Below, one piece after another: positions 49,501 to 64,000 of a DNA stretch of 64,000 nt. The notes beneath the pieces were generated by a model. It was not told where the DNA came from. It worked only from the letters and a program-made list of their open reading frames with translations, and made no database searches. Source of the DNA: Trichoplax sp. H2 (Eukaryota); contig NOWV01000023.1 of the NCBI GenBank assembly GCA_003344405.1, forward strand, positions 310,001 through 374,000, in the 5' to 3' direction. Position 1 is the first letter of the stretch. Each line of letters opens with the position of its first letter. The translations under genes were made by a program, and so were the position numbers.

Positions 49501-52500
49501 GAGTTGCAGAATCCGATGGAGAACCTATTTATAGCGACCTACATCATGAAAATGTCATGCTTCAAGCAGAAGTTGACCGGTTAGGATTGCTTACGCTATA
49601 TTTTTACCATCACTTAGCGATTACTATTGAAATATATTTATTTTAAAAATTTAGGCTACGCTCACGAATTAAAGCGATGCAGCAAGTTATTGATTCTCAA
49701 AAGGCTAGAAATATAAGCTTGGAAGTTAATAAAGCAACTGAAATGGTTGTAGCTGACCCCAGCAACAGTTTAGATATTTCCAAAGTCATAGAGAAATATG
49801 TAGCGGAGATTGAAAATTTGAAGTATGTAATAGTTACTTGATTTCAATCTTAATCCGTATCGCTAGCGCTAATTTTCCTATTGTGGATGTAAATTGAAAT
49901 GAATATACAGAATTCAATTAGCGGAAATTCAAGAGATGCGACGATGGAACGAACCTACATCATCAACTGTAGTTCTAGAGTCATCTATTTCTTCAGCTGA
50001 GATTTTAAAAATCGCTAAGCAATCTTGTGAAGAAGATATGCAAAAGATGAAAGATATCGAAAAAGTAAGCTCCCTATTATTCCTAAAAGTGGCGAGCATA
50101 AATTATAACATTATTAGACTTTCACAAGATATTATGATTCATTTAATACATATTCAAAGTATACGGCGTAAAAAATAATTATTTTTATGTGTCATTTATA
50201 GAGTGATGACTCAGACTCTCAAGATGATTCAGAAAATGAAGATGGAGGTATACTTTTTAAGTGGAATGTTATTTGTGTTTGTATGTTCAATGTTTAAATG
50301 TTTTCTTTTCCTTGGTTTAGAACTAACGGAGGATGTTGCAAAACTATCGCAGGAAATATCGGTAAAGCAAAGACTAATCTCTGAACTTGAGTCAAGTCAT
50401 GAGCAAATAAATATGTTGAAAGCACAGTATGAGGAAAAAGTTGTAATTCTACAGGTAATCTAAAAAGATATATTAGCTATGAATAAAACTATAGCGCAAC
50501 AATCTTCAATGTAACCTAAATTTGGTTTTAAAATTTAATCACCACATTTTTACCGATCAAACTTCTAAGAATTATTCTAAAACTTTTAAATTGATTTTGT
50601 TTTTGCTTAAGAAAAAAATTGAAGATGCAAAAACAGAACGCGATCAAATTATGAAAACAATAGGTAAGTAATTGCTGATATCTATACATAATAGATACCA
50701 GTCAGATAAGTAGAGAGTAAAGAGATTAATGGGTGTTGTACATGCTAGATACACTCGAGTCTGGCTCTGGTAATAAAGCTAATCAAGTTAAAAGTGAATA
50801 CGAAAAGAAGATTAATAATCTCACCACGGAGTTAACAAAACTTAAGACAGCACAAAAAGAGCATAATAAGTTGCTAAAAATAAAAGTAAGAACTTTTATC
50901 CTGTAGCTATATTTATAATGAGCATGACGCATATGGGCTATTGATGCAGTCTTTCCGGTTAAGGAATTGCTTAATGATCGCTTATATTTTTACTAGACGC
51001 AGCATGAACAACAATTGCTAACCTTACGGACGGACTTACAGCGCATGAAAGAAGCAAAGGTTATTTTACTTTGTGATAAGAAAATTGAAAAGGTTAAAAT
51101 GTGGATCACATGTACTTTAGTAACTTATAGGGTAATTAATAACATTAGGTCAAGTTGGTTAATCAGATGAAGCAAGACGCTAGTAGAAATAAACAGGAGG
51201 TATTCATTTGCAATGATTTGTTATGGATTTAGTTCGGAATAATTTACTTTACTATCAAATTCTGTTCCTAATTTGAAGAAATTCGATCTTAAATTTATTG
51301 TCTAGGGTGTGAAAAAAAATCGAGAAATTGCTAAACTTAAAAAGTTGAATCGTCAGAAAGAGGTAATGTGGTAATGTAGAAAACGAAATACTGTTATCTT
51401 CGTCCCTAATTATTATCTCGGGATAGTAAAAATAGAAAGGGCCTTATACAGGAGTAAATATCTAAAGGTCTCAATTGATCCTGTGGTTGATGTTGTTATC
51501 AACAAATTGTTAAACTTTTTTATTAGATTGCTATCCGCAATTTAGAATCTGATAAACAACGTCGAGAAGCTGTTTTAAAAAGGAAGCAAGGGGAGGTAAA
51601 GTTAGCAAACTCATTACTTAATAGTAGAGATATTTATTTTATATTGTGTACTTGGGGATTAAGTAAGTAATTTCATATAATAGGTGGAAGTGCTTAGACG
51701 GGAAAAAAAACAAATGCAACCTGCAGTTATTGCTTCCCAAGGAAAGATGAACCGATCTGGGATATCTTTAGATTATTCCAGGACTTCGAAGCGCACAACG
51801 GTAGCCAAAATTTCAACTTTAGCTGGAACTTCCTCGAAGAAAAAGTGGAAGATTTTGAAAGATACCGTAAGCGATAACGTGTGATCTTTTAATTCTTCAA
51901 TTCAAATTTAATTCAAACTAACGTTAAGCCTTTTATTTCTTTTTAGTTATCAAATTATGTTGCAAACAAGCAAGCACTACTATTGCTAGAAAGTGATATA
52001 GAAGATTTAATGCAGGTGATGCTATAACACTTAACTGTACAACTTAATGTCAAGGTCTAATGGTTAATTTATGGGCAGAGTAGCGTCAATTTTTTTACAC
52101 GATCGATTTAAAGTTAATCGAAATCCTAATAATGTGACTTTCATTTGTTTAATTTGTATTTTGCTAATGAATTGAATGATGTATATGTAGGAACGTGAAA
52201 AACTTGGATTAGAACTAGAAAATTGTAAAAAACAGATGGAAGAGATTTCTGGAAACGATTCGGTTTGTTTTTTTATCACTCTTTTGTGGCTTATTTCAGA
52301 TCTGATGTAGGTACAATAATATATTCTTATATTTCTAAATGCAGGTTGAGAAAGAAAATGATGATTTGCATGATCGTGCGGAGGGTATTGTAGCGAAGCT
52401 AGAATTTATACAAGATACTATTTCTGAAAGACAGAATGAAGTTATGCATTTAACTGAAGCTAAGGTAAATCATATCTTTTCTACAATGGACTCAATTAAC

Positions 52501-55415
52501 TTAAAGTGTCCCTTCCCAATATAATATATGACATGAAATTTTGTTGAATTGTATTACAGTCAATCGATATACTGCAATATGATCATTATTTTTGTAGGAA
52601 GAACACGATCCTACAGCAATTGTGAATTCATGCAATAGCATTTTGAACGCGAAATCTCTTTTAGAAAATTTGATATGGGAATATGCGAATAAGAGGATAA
52701 TTATGTGCGAACAAGAAAAATCAAATCGTCGGTTGAAGGAGAAACTGGCTTCGTGTGAAAATCAGATAAAATTGCAAGAGACCTTTTTGAAAGAGCATTT
52801 ACAAAGTCAGGGTAAATAATAGCATTTACCGACTATTCCCTGCCATATTATGTGATACTTCTTCAATTCTTTAGTATTCGTTTTTGCACCTTGATGTTAC
52901 ACGATCTACACTTATTAAGTAGAGGGTGTTGTCTGTATAAGTTTTTTAGCTAATTGTTGTACTTTATACCGCTAGATTCTTTGGATCTTTATGTGTCTGA
53001 ATGTACTCTTTTATCCCGTCAACCGTTTAAAAGTCCGGATAAAAAAAATAAAAAGGCAATTTCTTAAATTCAAGAATTGATACTTTATAGGATACACTAC
53101 AGATAACGTCGGAAAACTTATTAACCTCTGTTTTAATGTATACGTCAATTAGCATCGTCGGAAGACTTTTAGTCCAAATGAATTAATGTTCATACCTGAT
53201 ACCCGTATTAGTACTAAGAATTTAGAGTCCTTGTACCAAGAACGAAGTAACGGTAAAATATAAATAACAAATTGCTGCATTTGGATTTACCAAATGGAAA
53301 TAAATTTCCACAGATTGACTGTGATCTTTACTTAAAGTTATATTACAACCGTATCGTTGATTTTATGCTAGCCCATTAAGGTCTTTATCAGTTAACTTGT
53401 ATATTAGAAATGTCGTATATATGTCTACATCTATACTACATAATGACAAACTTTTTCCTATAGTAATTGAAAAATCTTCCGATTCTCATGGGCGGAGGGA
53501 GAGCGATAGTTACCCTTACAATAGGACAAGGTATATTGCTCTGCCAGATTTACTTTTTCCGTCAGCTCTTGAATTAATCTAAACTAGAATAAATATAAAT
53601 CTTGCGAATGTCTAGTTCTATGAGTTCTAATAGTCGTGACGGTCGATTAAGTGTATTCGAACGATTAACTCCTGATATTGGAACGAGAGAATCTGATCGG
53701 TAAGAAGTATGAATTTAAGCGGTGTTCGTATCGGTTAGATCGTTTATATCTTTTATTTGTACTCGGATTAGGGGGAAGTTTGTGGCGATCAAAAGTTCTA
53801 CTTCTAATAACTCTAATTCGGCTATGAATTGCGTCTATGAAGCTCGTGGACATACTTCTGCCGTACTTTGTTTAGATTGTACGAAAGATTTATTATTTAG
53901 TGCTTCTAAAGATGGAACTGTTAAAATGTGGGATACTGGAACTGGTCAAGAAATAACAACTTTGGGCAAAGGTTACGTAAAGGACTTAGTTGCTATGCAG
54001 TTTAGCGAAAACTTGGGATTATTATTTATAGCTAATAAAACAAATATAACGGTGAGACATATACTGCCCTTAAAGCTGATATATTGTGGATTGCATGATC
54101 TCATCACTACCACAATAATGTACATCTCGATAATAGGTATGGGATCCGCGGGAAAATCCTGATAGATGTATACATATGTTAAGGTTTGGGATAAGTATTA
54201 AGTGTGTGGTATTTTTGAAAAATGGGTACAAGATTTGTTTTAAAAATTATATTCTAATTTAATTTTATCGTGTTTTTTGCTGAAATATGGTATTTACATA
54301 AATAAATTACTTAGCCTTACGAACACTTCTATATCAAACGGAGGTATAAGAGAAGTCTCTGCTGGACGTCAAATTAACGATATCAAAATTATCAGTAGAA
54401 GTGAACAATTAATTTCAACTGACGGCAATTTTCTAAGAATTTGGGATATTAGAAAATTTAATTGCATTACGAAATTAATAACCAACCATAAAGCCGCAAT
54501 TACAACTGTTGCTATTGCTGATAATGCTACAGACAACTCCTTGTCTGTGGCAACGGGATCGAAAGATCATTCCATCAAGGTACTACTTTTCCTAATTTTT
54601 TTACTATAATCTGCGTGTGTTTTGTCGTTACGAAATCTTGTTATATCAGTTCCTACAATTTACAATTTTATTTATCGTTCACTCTACGTTTAAGCTATTG
54701 CATATTACAAACTCTGGTAGCGATATCCAGGTATAAAATTGCATCTATTTATATGCTGTGCTAAATAATGCTCTTTGTAACGTGATTCTAATCACTTAAT
54801 GATTACAGTATGTAAAACACGATTTGGAACCCCCACACTATGATGGAGTGCAAGCTGTGAAGATTGTAAAAGATCAAGTTTTCAGTAGTTCACGAGACAG
54901 TACTATCAAGCAATGGAATACAACAACTTGTGAATTTGTGCAGGTTTGTTATAAAACTATAAGATGTCAGTGGATGAGATGCTGCAATAAATTAGCGCTG
55001 TTAAAAGAAAATCTAATGTTTTAATACTAGTCGCAACAGTCTGCGAATAAAGATTGGGTTACTACCCTAAATTATTTACCTTCAAGAGAACGCCTTATTA
55101 GTGGCTGTCGAAGCGGTGCATTACATTTGTGGGATATTGAAAGTCTTGCTTGTGTGGGTAAGAGACATTTCTCATTTATAATTTGGACTAAAAGTTGAAG
55201 GAGGATACATGTCATCATTTTTATTTTAGAAAATTTTAAAGCCCACCCTCATTGTATAAATTCTATCGTGGTTAGCTGTAATTACGCTTTTACCTCATCA
55301 AGGTATGCATAAGTGATCTATTTTAATCCTATCCTGAATATTTACTAAATTTTATTGTTATTCTTTATTTAGTGATGGTATAATCAAGGTTTGGTCGATC
55401 AACGAATCATCTTAA
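43596..55415 (+). CDS. KIF21: Kinesin-4 family KIF21A/B ortholog (N-terminal motor, coiled coil, C-terminal WD40), roughly 30 exons
   Basis: Exon 1 at 43596-43642 encodes [16 protein letters not shown]. Exon 2 from 47114 encodes [30 protein letters not shown]. Further motifs: [106 protein letters not shown]40 motifs [39 protein letters not shown]. Stop TAA at 55413-55415. Confidence 0.95.
43860..44380. repeat. Degenerate tandem repeat, ~115-145 bp x4, in KIF21 intron 1
   Basis: accatccat..tctcact...attgt..aaggaggtcaacaaatac near 43938, 44052, 44199 and 44317. Confidence 0.8.
46176..46760. repeat. Tandem repeat, ~190 bp x3, in KIF21 intron 1
   Basis: ttaataacaagtaaa.ttcaattttagt.atgatacatttccatcgaagtgatcaacacc at 46176, 46370 and 46559. 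Confidence 0.93.
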
Positions 55416-57326
55416 AACTCTTTGCTATGTATAAATTTCCCGATTTCATTACATTTACTCGTTTACGCGAACTCAAGATCAACTGAATATTTATATTAAT
55501 TTTAAAAGAATTTATAATACATTAATCAAGCTTTAATAAACATTTGTATGATTTTCATAAATAAGCTGCAGTACTTAAGCAAAAGATGGACAATTTTTAT
55601 GAAGTGTAATCACACATATGGATGAAAATATGGTGTGCAGTCAGTCTCTATTATTGACATGAAAGCGGAATGTTTTGCATTTCAGTATTAAATTCTCTTA
55701 GGATTTTATAAGAAATTTAGTGACGCGTATGAATTTGTGTCTATAATAATTTTCTTTAAGAGATATTATAGTAGCATAAATACTTTATGAAGTTCATAGT
55801 TATTCTATTTAAAAATGTATTATCATTATCACTTTTGCATAATTCTTGTACATATCGTATTAATGATATAAAGATTCCACATTACTTCATGCTTGATTGT
55901 ATCCCTATTATTGTAAATACGGTAAATTGGAAATGCTAGAGATGGATTATTAGATTTATTGTTAACATTGGCCGACGTACCATCATAAACTAGCACATCT
56001 ACTTGCTGTATGTGTAGATATCTCAATTTTATTAATAAAAATCATCTTGATATGCTGTTGTATTAATTGAATAATGCTTCTACTATCAATAATTTAATTA
56101 TAATTGATGTATCTTCCGTTCTATTTCAGTCACAGGAAGTTGTTGAATCGGACTCTAACATGCACTATGACAACGTTGCAGGCTGATACCTCTTCTCTTC
56201 GTCATTTAAAATTTTTGCTTATGATTTTTATTGCAGACATGCATGGCTTTATTTAGATAATTTATAATCTTGTAAGTTACAAATGTATCGTAATACATAA
56301 GCGATATATAACAGTCATCTATACAATCAGAGCTTCGCCAAAAATTAGTGCTATTGCGATCGCACTATACATGCATATTAACATACGAGTATAACATAAT
56401 ACGTGTAAAATGACTAGCCTAACGACAAGAAATGATTTAATTTGAAGTAGATTGCAACACGCATGAGACGCGAGAGATAGCCTTAAGTTCTATACGCAAT
56501 TTATAATTATATATATTAGAGCGGCTTATACTACAAGTATATCAATATTATTACTTTCATCAGATGTTTCTTAAGCTATTTAACCTTTTCAAGCTTTACA
56601 ACAGCGCACTCAACTTACCGGTGTTGATTTGCTCTCATTAACCGTTAAATAAATTTTATAAATACCTAGGTAAGTTATGTTTGCCTGGTGTTCTTCTAAG
56701 GTCTACATTAAGCTCCTAATTTTTCAAAGCTGATTTGTATCGAAAAATTTATATCAAAAGGAAGCCCAGATTAGAAAACTTTTTATCGTTTGAGTACAAT
56801 ATAATTAAATTAAAAAACCGTTGAATGATTATAACGATCAGGCAATTAGGAAATGAGAAAGCTTACAACTTTGCTAATTATATATTAGTTTTGCCAATGT
56901 ATAGTATCGTGCGTCATATTTTGCCTTTAACGAGTTTTGCGATTTGTAGTTTTAAAAATATTAGTTAATACTTTTACAATCGATTTCAGTTGCACTAATC
57001 CTGGGTACGCATAAATTACAGAATATGGAAGTATCTATACAGATATAATAGTTTGTATCAAAGGGGTCAAGTAACACCTAAATCGATAGTTTGCAACGCC
57101 CACACATCGTGGAGCAACATCTTAGCATTATTAATGGTATGATTAATTATTAAAGGAATTATTTAATATACTGTGCTATAATTTAAGTCTGATAGAGGTA
57201 AAATAGTTTAATTAACTTAATTTCACGTGTTTAAAAACATTCCTCGTACAAAGTTAGATTTTTGTATAGTACAGCTCAGGGATTGGCGGTAAGACTGGAC
57301 ATGACAAATAAAATGGTGCATATTAA

Positions 57327-60300
57327 TCACGATAAATCAGTATCAATAGTTAGGAATTCTGCTGACATAGATCCATCTTGAGCATCTTGTATGACTTGCG
57401 AAAGTTCCACTCTAAGATACTATTGATGGTTTGGTAAAGTTATTTTCATAGCCAGTTATTAATCGAATCTTAACTAGATTGATGAAGAAACTACTTACTT
57501 GAAAAATAAACGACGGGCCTCCAGCGGTGACCTCAGCAGGTAAACGAGAGAGCGGACAGCCTTCAACACTCATTAAATGCAATGATTCACACATTGCTAA
57601 CTCCAAAGGTAAATCATTCAACTCTTCATTGTCATTTAAGTACAATTGTTCCAGAGACTTTAAATTACCTAATAATAAAGTTTTTTTAACATGTAACCTT
57701 ATCCTGTCATAACTAATATGGAATTCAGTGCCCAGATACCTATTTCTTCGGGAATTGACATCAGTCTATTTTCACCAGCAGCTAGATACATTAGCTTAGA
57801 AAGTTTTCTAACAGTAAACAAGGTTTGGAATTTTGTTAAAGTCAGAAGAATCAGCAATTTTAATTAAATAGAATTGCCCACTATAGGAAATTTAAAATAC
57901 TATAACATATCTTACCCTATTTCTTTAGGCAGTTGGGTCAATAAATTATTATTTGCAACTAATCGTGTTAGCATAGACATGTCACCTTATAATCCAAAAT
58001 TAAATGTACTTTAGAAATATCACAAAGATTGAGACAAACTAGGCATTGGGTATACGAATATTATACCAATCTCAGGCGGGAGGAACTCTAGTTCATTTTC
58101 TTCAATTTCAAGAACTCTAAGTTTTTGCAAAGCTGGTAGAGCATTCTGTGGTAATGACGTTAGCATATTATTGCTTAGGATTAGAACTTCTAAGTTTACA
58201 AGATTTTCAAGGTCGTCTGAAAGGTTCGTAGAAAGCGATTTTAGGGAATAGATTTTATCATCATAACAAGCATTAACAATTAATGAGAGAATTAAATGTG
58301 TAGCAAGAAAATTACCTGATATGCTTCCGAGATGATTTGTTCCTAAGTTAAGTTCAGTTAGGCTAGTCCAAGTTCCAAAATCTAGGAGTCGTCATCAAAT
58401 AGTAGTAAGCACTTACATGACTATATATTTGTTCTCTAAGTAAATTTAATCATTACCTGGCGGTAAAGATGCCAGTTGGTTGTCTTTCAAATTGAGTGAA
58501 TTCTGTAAGAGATTTAAAAGTTAGCTAAATCTGTATAAATAACAAATAAGTGTGCCAGTGAAAAGTGTTACATTTTTAGATTAAATTCAAGATTGAATTT
58601 TATGCCTTGCAAGACTTACCAGTAGTTTAGCTAATTTGAAAATATTAGACGGAATTCTCTCGATCCGATTGTGTTCGATTACGATAGACTATTTCGATAC
58701 ATATTAGACAAAAATAATTATTTGTCAAAGGTATAGGTTGCCATAGAAATTATTGCATTGCAAGTCATTTACATTTGATAGAGAAATTGTATTTCAGAAA
58801 CCTGAGTAAATGCAAATTGACTTGGATTTCCGGCAGGAAGTTCATGGAATTTATTTCTAGATAACTGGATTGACTTTAAAGATCTCATTCGTATTAGTGA
58901 ATTCACCTAGTTTAAGGAATAACTTGGTCAAATGCGAGAGAATTCAAGTATGTTTTGATATTGAATAATTCGAATAAACTTCAATAGTTAATATTAATAC
59001 CGGTAACTCCGATATATTATTGCCCTCTGCATTAAATTCTTCTAATAATCCAATATTAGAAATAGATGGGGGAACACTGTTTAATCTATTATATCTGTGT
59101 AGGCAAAAGAGTTTCGTGAATGTTACCAATTTAATTCATGCCGCGATTATAGAATTCCAATATTACAATGTACGCCATATTGAAAGGTTATAGATTGCGC
59201 TTTGACATTTGCGTAATATATATTTAATATACAGGTAAGGATTCGTAAACACACTTAATCTCTAGTCTTTTCAATGATCTTAAATTGCCGATAGAAGCAG
59301 GAATTTCTGTTAGCTCATTATGCTGCAAATCCAACGATGTTAACTGAAGGCAATTGCCTATTTCTATGGCAAAAAATGAGAAAATATGGTGAACTATGAA
59401 GTTTTGCAAGAATTTTGCAAATATGGGTTTATTACCAGATGGGATTTCTTCCAAATGATTGTAAGAAACATCGAATATTACTAACATTCGAAGATTGCCT
59501 GATACACAAAGAACATTGGTTAATAATCATATGGTATGAATAGATAAGTGCGACATGAATTTACTTGCTGAATGCTAGAAGTTTGTGATTCCTACCTATA
59601 CTTGAAGGTAACTTTCTTATTTTATTTTCTCTTAAGCTGATCAAGTTCAATCTCTAAGATGTTTTATAGTAGTTTGTCAAATTAAGCGTTTATGACTTCG
59701 ACAATGGTTAGCAAAATGTTTGCAAAGACTAATTAATTATAGCAAAAATAGATGCAGAAATTGACTTAAGCATACTGATAAGTTATCAATTTCGCGATCG
59801 ACTTCGGTAATACGATTGAAACGTAATAGCAATGTTTCCAGGGAAATTAATTCATATATAACAGTCGGAATCTAAATAGAAATAGGAATGAAGCTGTAAT
59901 CTCTTGGATATAGTGCAATTGTATTAAGATAAAAAAATTTACATACATCTTTCAATTTGTTATGTCTCATATCTAAAACAGTCAGCCTTTTAAGCTTCTC
60001 AAATGAATCTGTACAAAGTTATAGAGATACATGAATTAAGAGTATAAGTATCGTCTAAATATAACACAGATTGATGATTATGAAATCTAGTTTGCTTTCA
60101 CGTGAATGAAGATTCTATTACTTGCCTGGTAATGTTGTTATCGAATTTTCGCTCAATGATAATTTGTTAAGATTTACTAAGTTTCCCATTTCATTCGGTA
60201 AAACACTAATTCGATTGCCATATAAATACAATTCCGTCAATTGAGTCAGCTAGAGCGAGGTTAAAGAAATATAATAATAAGCTTTGAATCAATATCTTGC

Positions 60301-60747
60301 AATCCTTCCTATCAGCACTAGACATTTAAAATTATAACGATAGATAAACTTTAAGCAAAAAATTGTTGATTATTATGACTAAGATTTCATCCTGCTAACA
60401 TATATGGTTAATAGATCTGCAATTTAGTAATTTGAACCTAAAACATGACTTTATTTCACATAAAGGTATTGATATTAAGTTAGAATACATATAACTATCT
60501 TTAAACTTGTAAAATTATCTTTAACATCTCTAATAGTGTTACTTTCGACTAGGAACATCTACACAAAAGCTACGATTTAGTAATAGATAGATAAATAGAT
60601 TTCAAGTGAGTAGCTATTCCATTAATATCAGTATAAAAACGAGATATGGAATGTACGATAATTTATTTTCTCGTTCATTTCAACAATGCAAAATTTCTAT
60701 CTTATATTATTACTTACGTCTTTGACACTCAGCGGTACTGAAACTAT
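57327..60747 (-). CDS. SHOC2: Leucine-rich repeat protein SHOC-2 (5' end not identified, probably beyond the window)
   Basis: [163 protein letters not shown]. Many short in-frame exons. Last exon 57327-57419. Confidence 0.94.
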
Positions 60748-63700
60748 CTATAAAATTGAAAAAAAATATTGTACATATTTATTTATACTCGTACCTAATA
60801 TAACCAATAAATACATTAATCCTACTAGTATACGTACTTAATTGTCTAACATACGAGTATGTTAAGAATGTAAGGATGTATTCAGAAAATGCGATTACTA
60901 GTTTTGCTTATTTCTATATTTTATTGCTTGCACGATTAAGTAAAAATGATAACAGTTTTTCAAGAACAATCCTCTCGTATTTATATCAACCAAAGTTATC
61001 ATTATTGTTCAAAATAGCACAATGCTCGTTAGTGGCATCTTAATAAAATGACAATTGTTCGAAATAATTTCACTTTTTAACACAAAAGCAGTATCCTATC
61101 TATGATTATTATGCTAGTACATTCAGGTATCGTAGTGACGTCAGGCTTTATATTAATCATTTCGATATCATAGCTACATTTGATTTTTGAGAAGAAAATT
61201 CATTGCGCTCTGGTCTGTACGGACTGTGCTAAGATGTTATAGTTAAGCGTTAATAATTTTCATGTTAGGGTAAAAAAACGAAAAAAGTATTAAGTAAGAT
61301 TCAGGATAAACACTTAGACTCTACATACTGTAATTAGAAAAGCAATACTGGAGTGGACGATATGTCTACAATGTAAATTACAAGGTAAATTATGAGAAAT
61401 AATCTTTTACATTCTTAAAAAAGAAATGATTTTGGGTGGAAATGGTTCAATTATATATTTAGTGCTAATCATCTTTGCTACATGTTTTTTATTAAATGAA
61501 CAAGCTATGGACGACGTACTGTGTAATACAGTGTATAGTATTGATATCCCGATCAAAGATATCTATTAATGATAGTATGATAAATTGTATAATGTACAGT
61601 ATCAGTAAAACCTTTAGTATAAGCATTAGATGCACAAATAAATTTGTACAAAGACAATATTAAAATTTGGAGATGAAACTACAGTAATATCATTATTTAA
61701 CGGTAAGGATTCCAACATACAAACGTTTTTAAAAATTCATTTATCTTTATTAAGTAGTAAATGGATTCGGAACGGACGGTGTAATATATTGTATCGATTT
61801 TGTTATGCCATAAACATTACTATTACTAAAAAATTGAATAATAGAGTGTTACGGAGCAAAGCACCGTACTTGCTAATTAGATTTTGTCAGTATTTAGCTA
61901 ATGGATCATATTGGTAATTATTAGATCGTGTACGAGAAGGTACTCGGCTACTCTACTAATAAAAACTATACTAATCTTTTAGAACAGTCTTATCCCTGTG
62001 TGACCGAAAGTAGTAAAGAACTACCACACAGTAGATCTCCAGGTGTAGTGGAGCAAGGCATATGTAATCTATTAGTTTAGTGTAGTAGTTCGCAACATAA
62101 GTTTGTGACAGAGTATCCAGAATCCTCTGGGATATTGATATTTCATTGAAAAAATGAATTAGATATACATATAATCCATTGAAGTGTATCTCTCATTAAT
62201 CAGCAATCATGTAGACATAGCGATTATTTGGCTACAAGTTCGTAAAGTTTAAAAATGCGGATAACTGTTAATCTTTGTCATATAAACAAAACTATCATAT
62301 GAATAATCAACGGATAATACTTTACTTCTGTCTCGGATATGATTTCAAGAAAAAGATATACGCGGTAGTAAAATAATAGGAATAGATATTGAACCGATAA
62401 ATATTTTCTAATCAACAGTGATTGTCTTGTACTTCACAATTATTTTTTATTTACACTATACATATGAAACACTAGGTTACCACGGTTTTTCTTTTCATTG
62501 AATTCTATTAACATTTCAGTAATATTTATATGTACGAAAACAGGTAAGGATGTTAATAAATAGTACACGTACAATATACGACGCGAAAATGCGATAAATT
62601 GTATATCATTGTGGTAATGATATCCTATTGGCGTACGTTTTCGGTAGTGTATTGTACATTCTACTAACACAACACAGTGCATAAAAAGTATTTTAAGTGG
62701 CATTTTGATTCTACTCTTGACTTCCGATCATCGTATTTGGTTGAAGCAAAGCTATCGTAAATTAAATTCATGATGATGATAAATCAACTCAATCTATTTT
62801 CTAATGTTACTATGTATCAAGGGTCAAAAATGGTAGAAAAAAGAAAGCGAAAACATAATAAAGCTCAATAATAATAAATCTTAAGCGCATAGTAACGTCG
62901 ATTATACAGTACATTAGCTGTGAAGCTGCATTTCGATTAAGAGAAAAAACAGAGGCATTGTAATGTATAATAATCCACCATTGGCAGACATTAGGATAAA
63001 TGAGATCAACTTTTAAATAAAAAAAATCAATATTTTTAAACACCAAAGTCAATTTAATGCAAAAGAGGATCAGTCTATTATTAAATATTTGATGCTTGTA
63101 CAATGTACTCGTACTCGTACTCTAGTAAGTATCTTATCAGCCTAATTTTTTTTATTTCATTTCCTACAGTTGACTGCAACAGTAGCAAGAATACATCTGC
63201 TTGAATATTTTATACTTGAATAGAATTAAATATAGCCTTGAATTATAAAGGAGTAATAGATATAAATTAAAAGAAAACATCTTGTTTGTTGCATTGGCGC
63301 TCAGGTTACATCTAAGTACAACTTTCAAACTAACTCTGTTAACTTAGCTGTTGTTGTTACATTACCGATGTGCATGTATAATTGTATATCCGTGCTATCA
63401 TAACCTAATTTTAGTAGTATACTCGTATCACTTTACTGACGTTCAATTTTATCGATGATTACCAGATAATTATAATAACTAGGTACAAATGATAGGATAT
63501 ACGTTATCGAACTAAACCGTATGTCAACTGTAATTTATCAATTGCCTAAACATCGATTTCATTACTATTTCCGCTACTCAATTTTTCACAGTAAGAATAT
63601 TTGAAAAAGTTCTTTTATGTAATTTTGATACTCAGCGTCTTTCTTGGATTGCATCGTCTCGAAATAAGAGGATGGTCATAGATCGCTGATACGACATACA

Positions 63701-64000
63701 GTAGTTGATCAGTAAAATATGCACAAAGGGGATTTGTTGAACTATTATTTTTATCGCTTTCTGAATATTGTAGACTATACCGTAGACAATATGTCAAGCG
63801 TAATGTTTTTTACACAATCTTATTTAAAACAGATAAAAAAAATGAAGGCTGTTCATATATATATGTAGTGTTGTTGTCAGTAAGACTTGTGTCGTTATGA
63901 TGATCATCATGGATACGCGTAGAAAGATCATTTTATAATAAAGCAGCATTAATGAATAGAAATTCGTAAATTATCATTGGAAGGGATAAAAAATAAAACT

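Overview
This is AT-rich eukaryotic genomic DNA with compact, intron-dense genes (most introns 60-300 nt). The gene set is metazoan-type and the style resembles a small early-branching animal genome such as a placozoan; that assignment is inference. I traced seven spliced genes by hand: UAP1 (+, 2417-7683), RPL12 (-, 8940-10245), SCNM1 (+, 11023-13687, head-to-head with RPL12), RSPH14/RTDR1 (-, 14166-16245), an A1CF/RBM47-family 3xRRM+dsRBD gene (-, 18867-33833, with a ~10 kb intron), KIF21 (+, 43596-55415) and SHOC2 (-, 57327-60747, 5' end not found). Many unrelated local tandem-repeat arrays (26-275 bp units) cluster in the 5' regions and first introns of UAP1, A1CF/RBM47 and KIF21, while the compact gene bodies have none. 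Also present: GTACA/CGGTA pentamer hairpins at presumed promoters, a possible family of CATGGACT...AGTCCATG inverted-repeat elements, two GC-AG introns, and a 20-N gap with duplicated flanks. No tRNA, rRNA, CRISPR or transposase was recognised. I cannot demonstrate a novel biological system; the strongest leads are non-coding.
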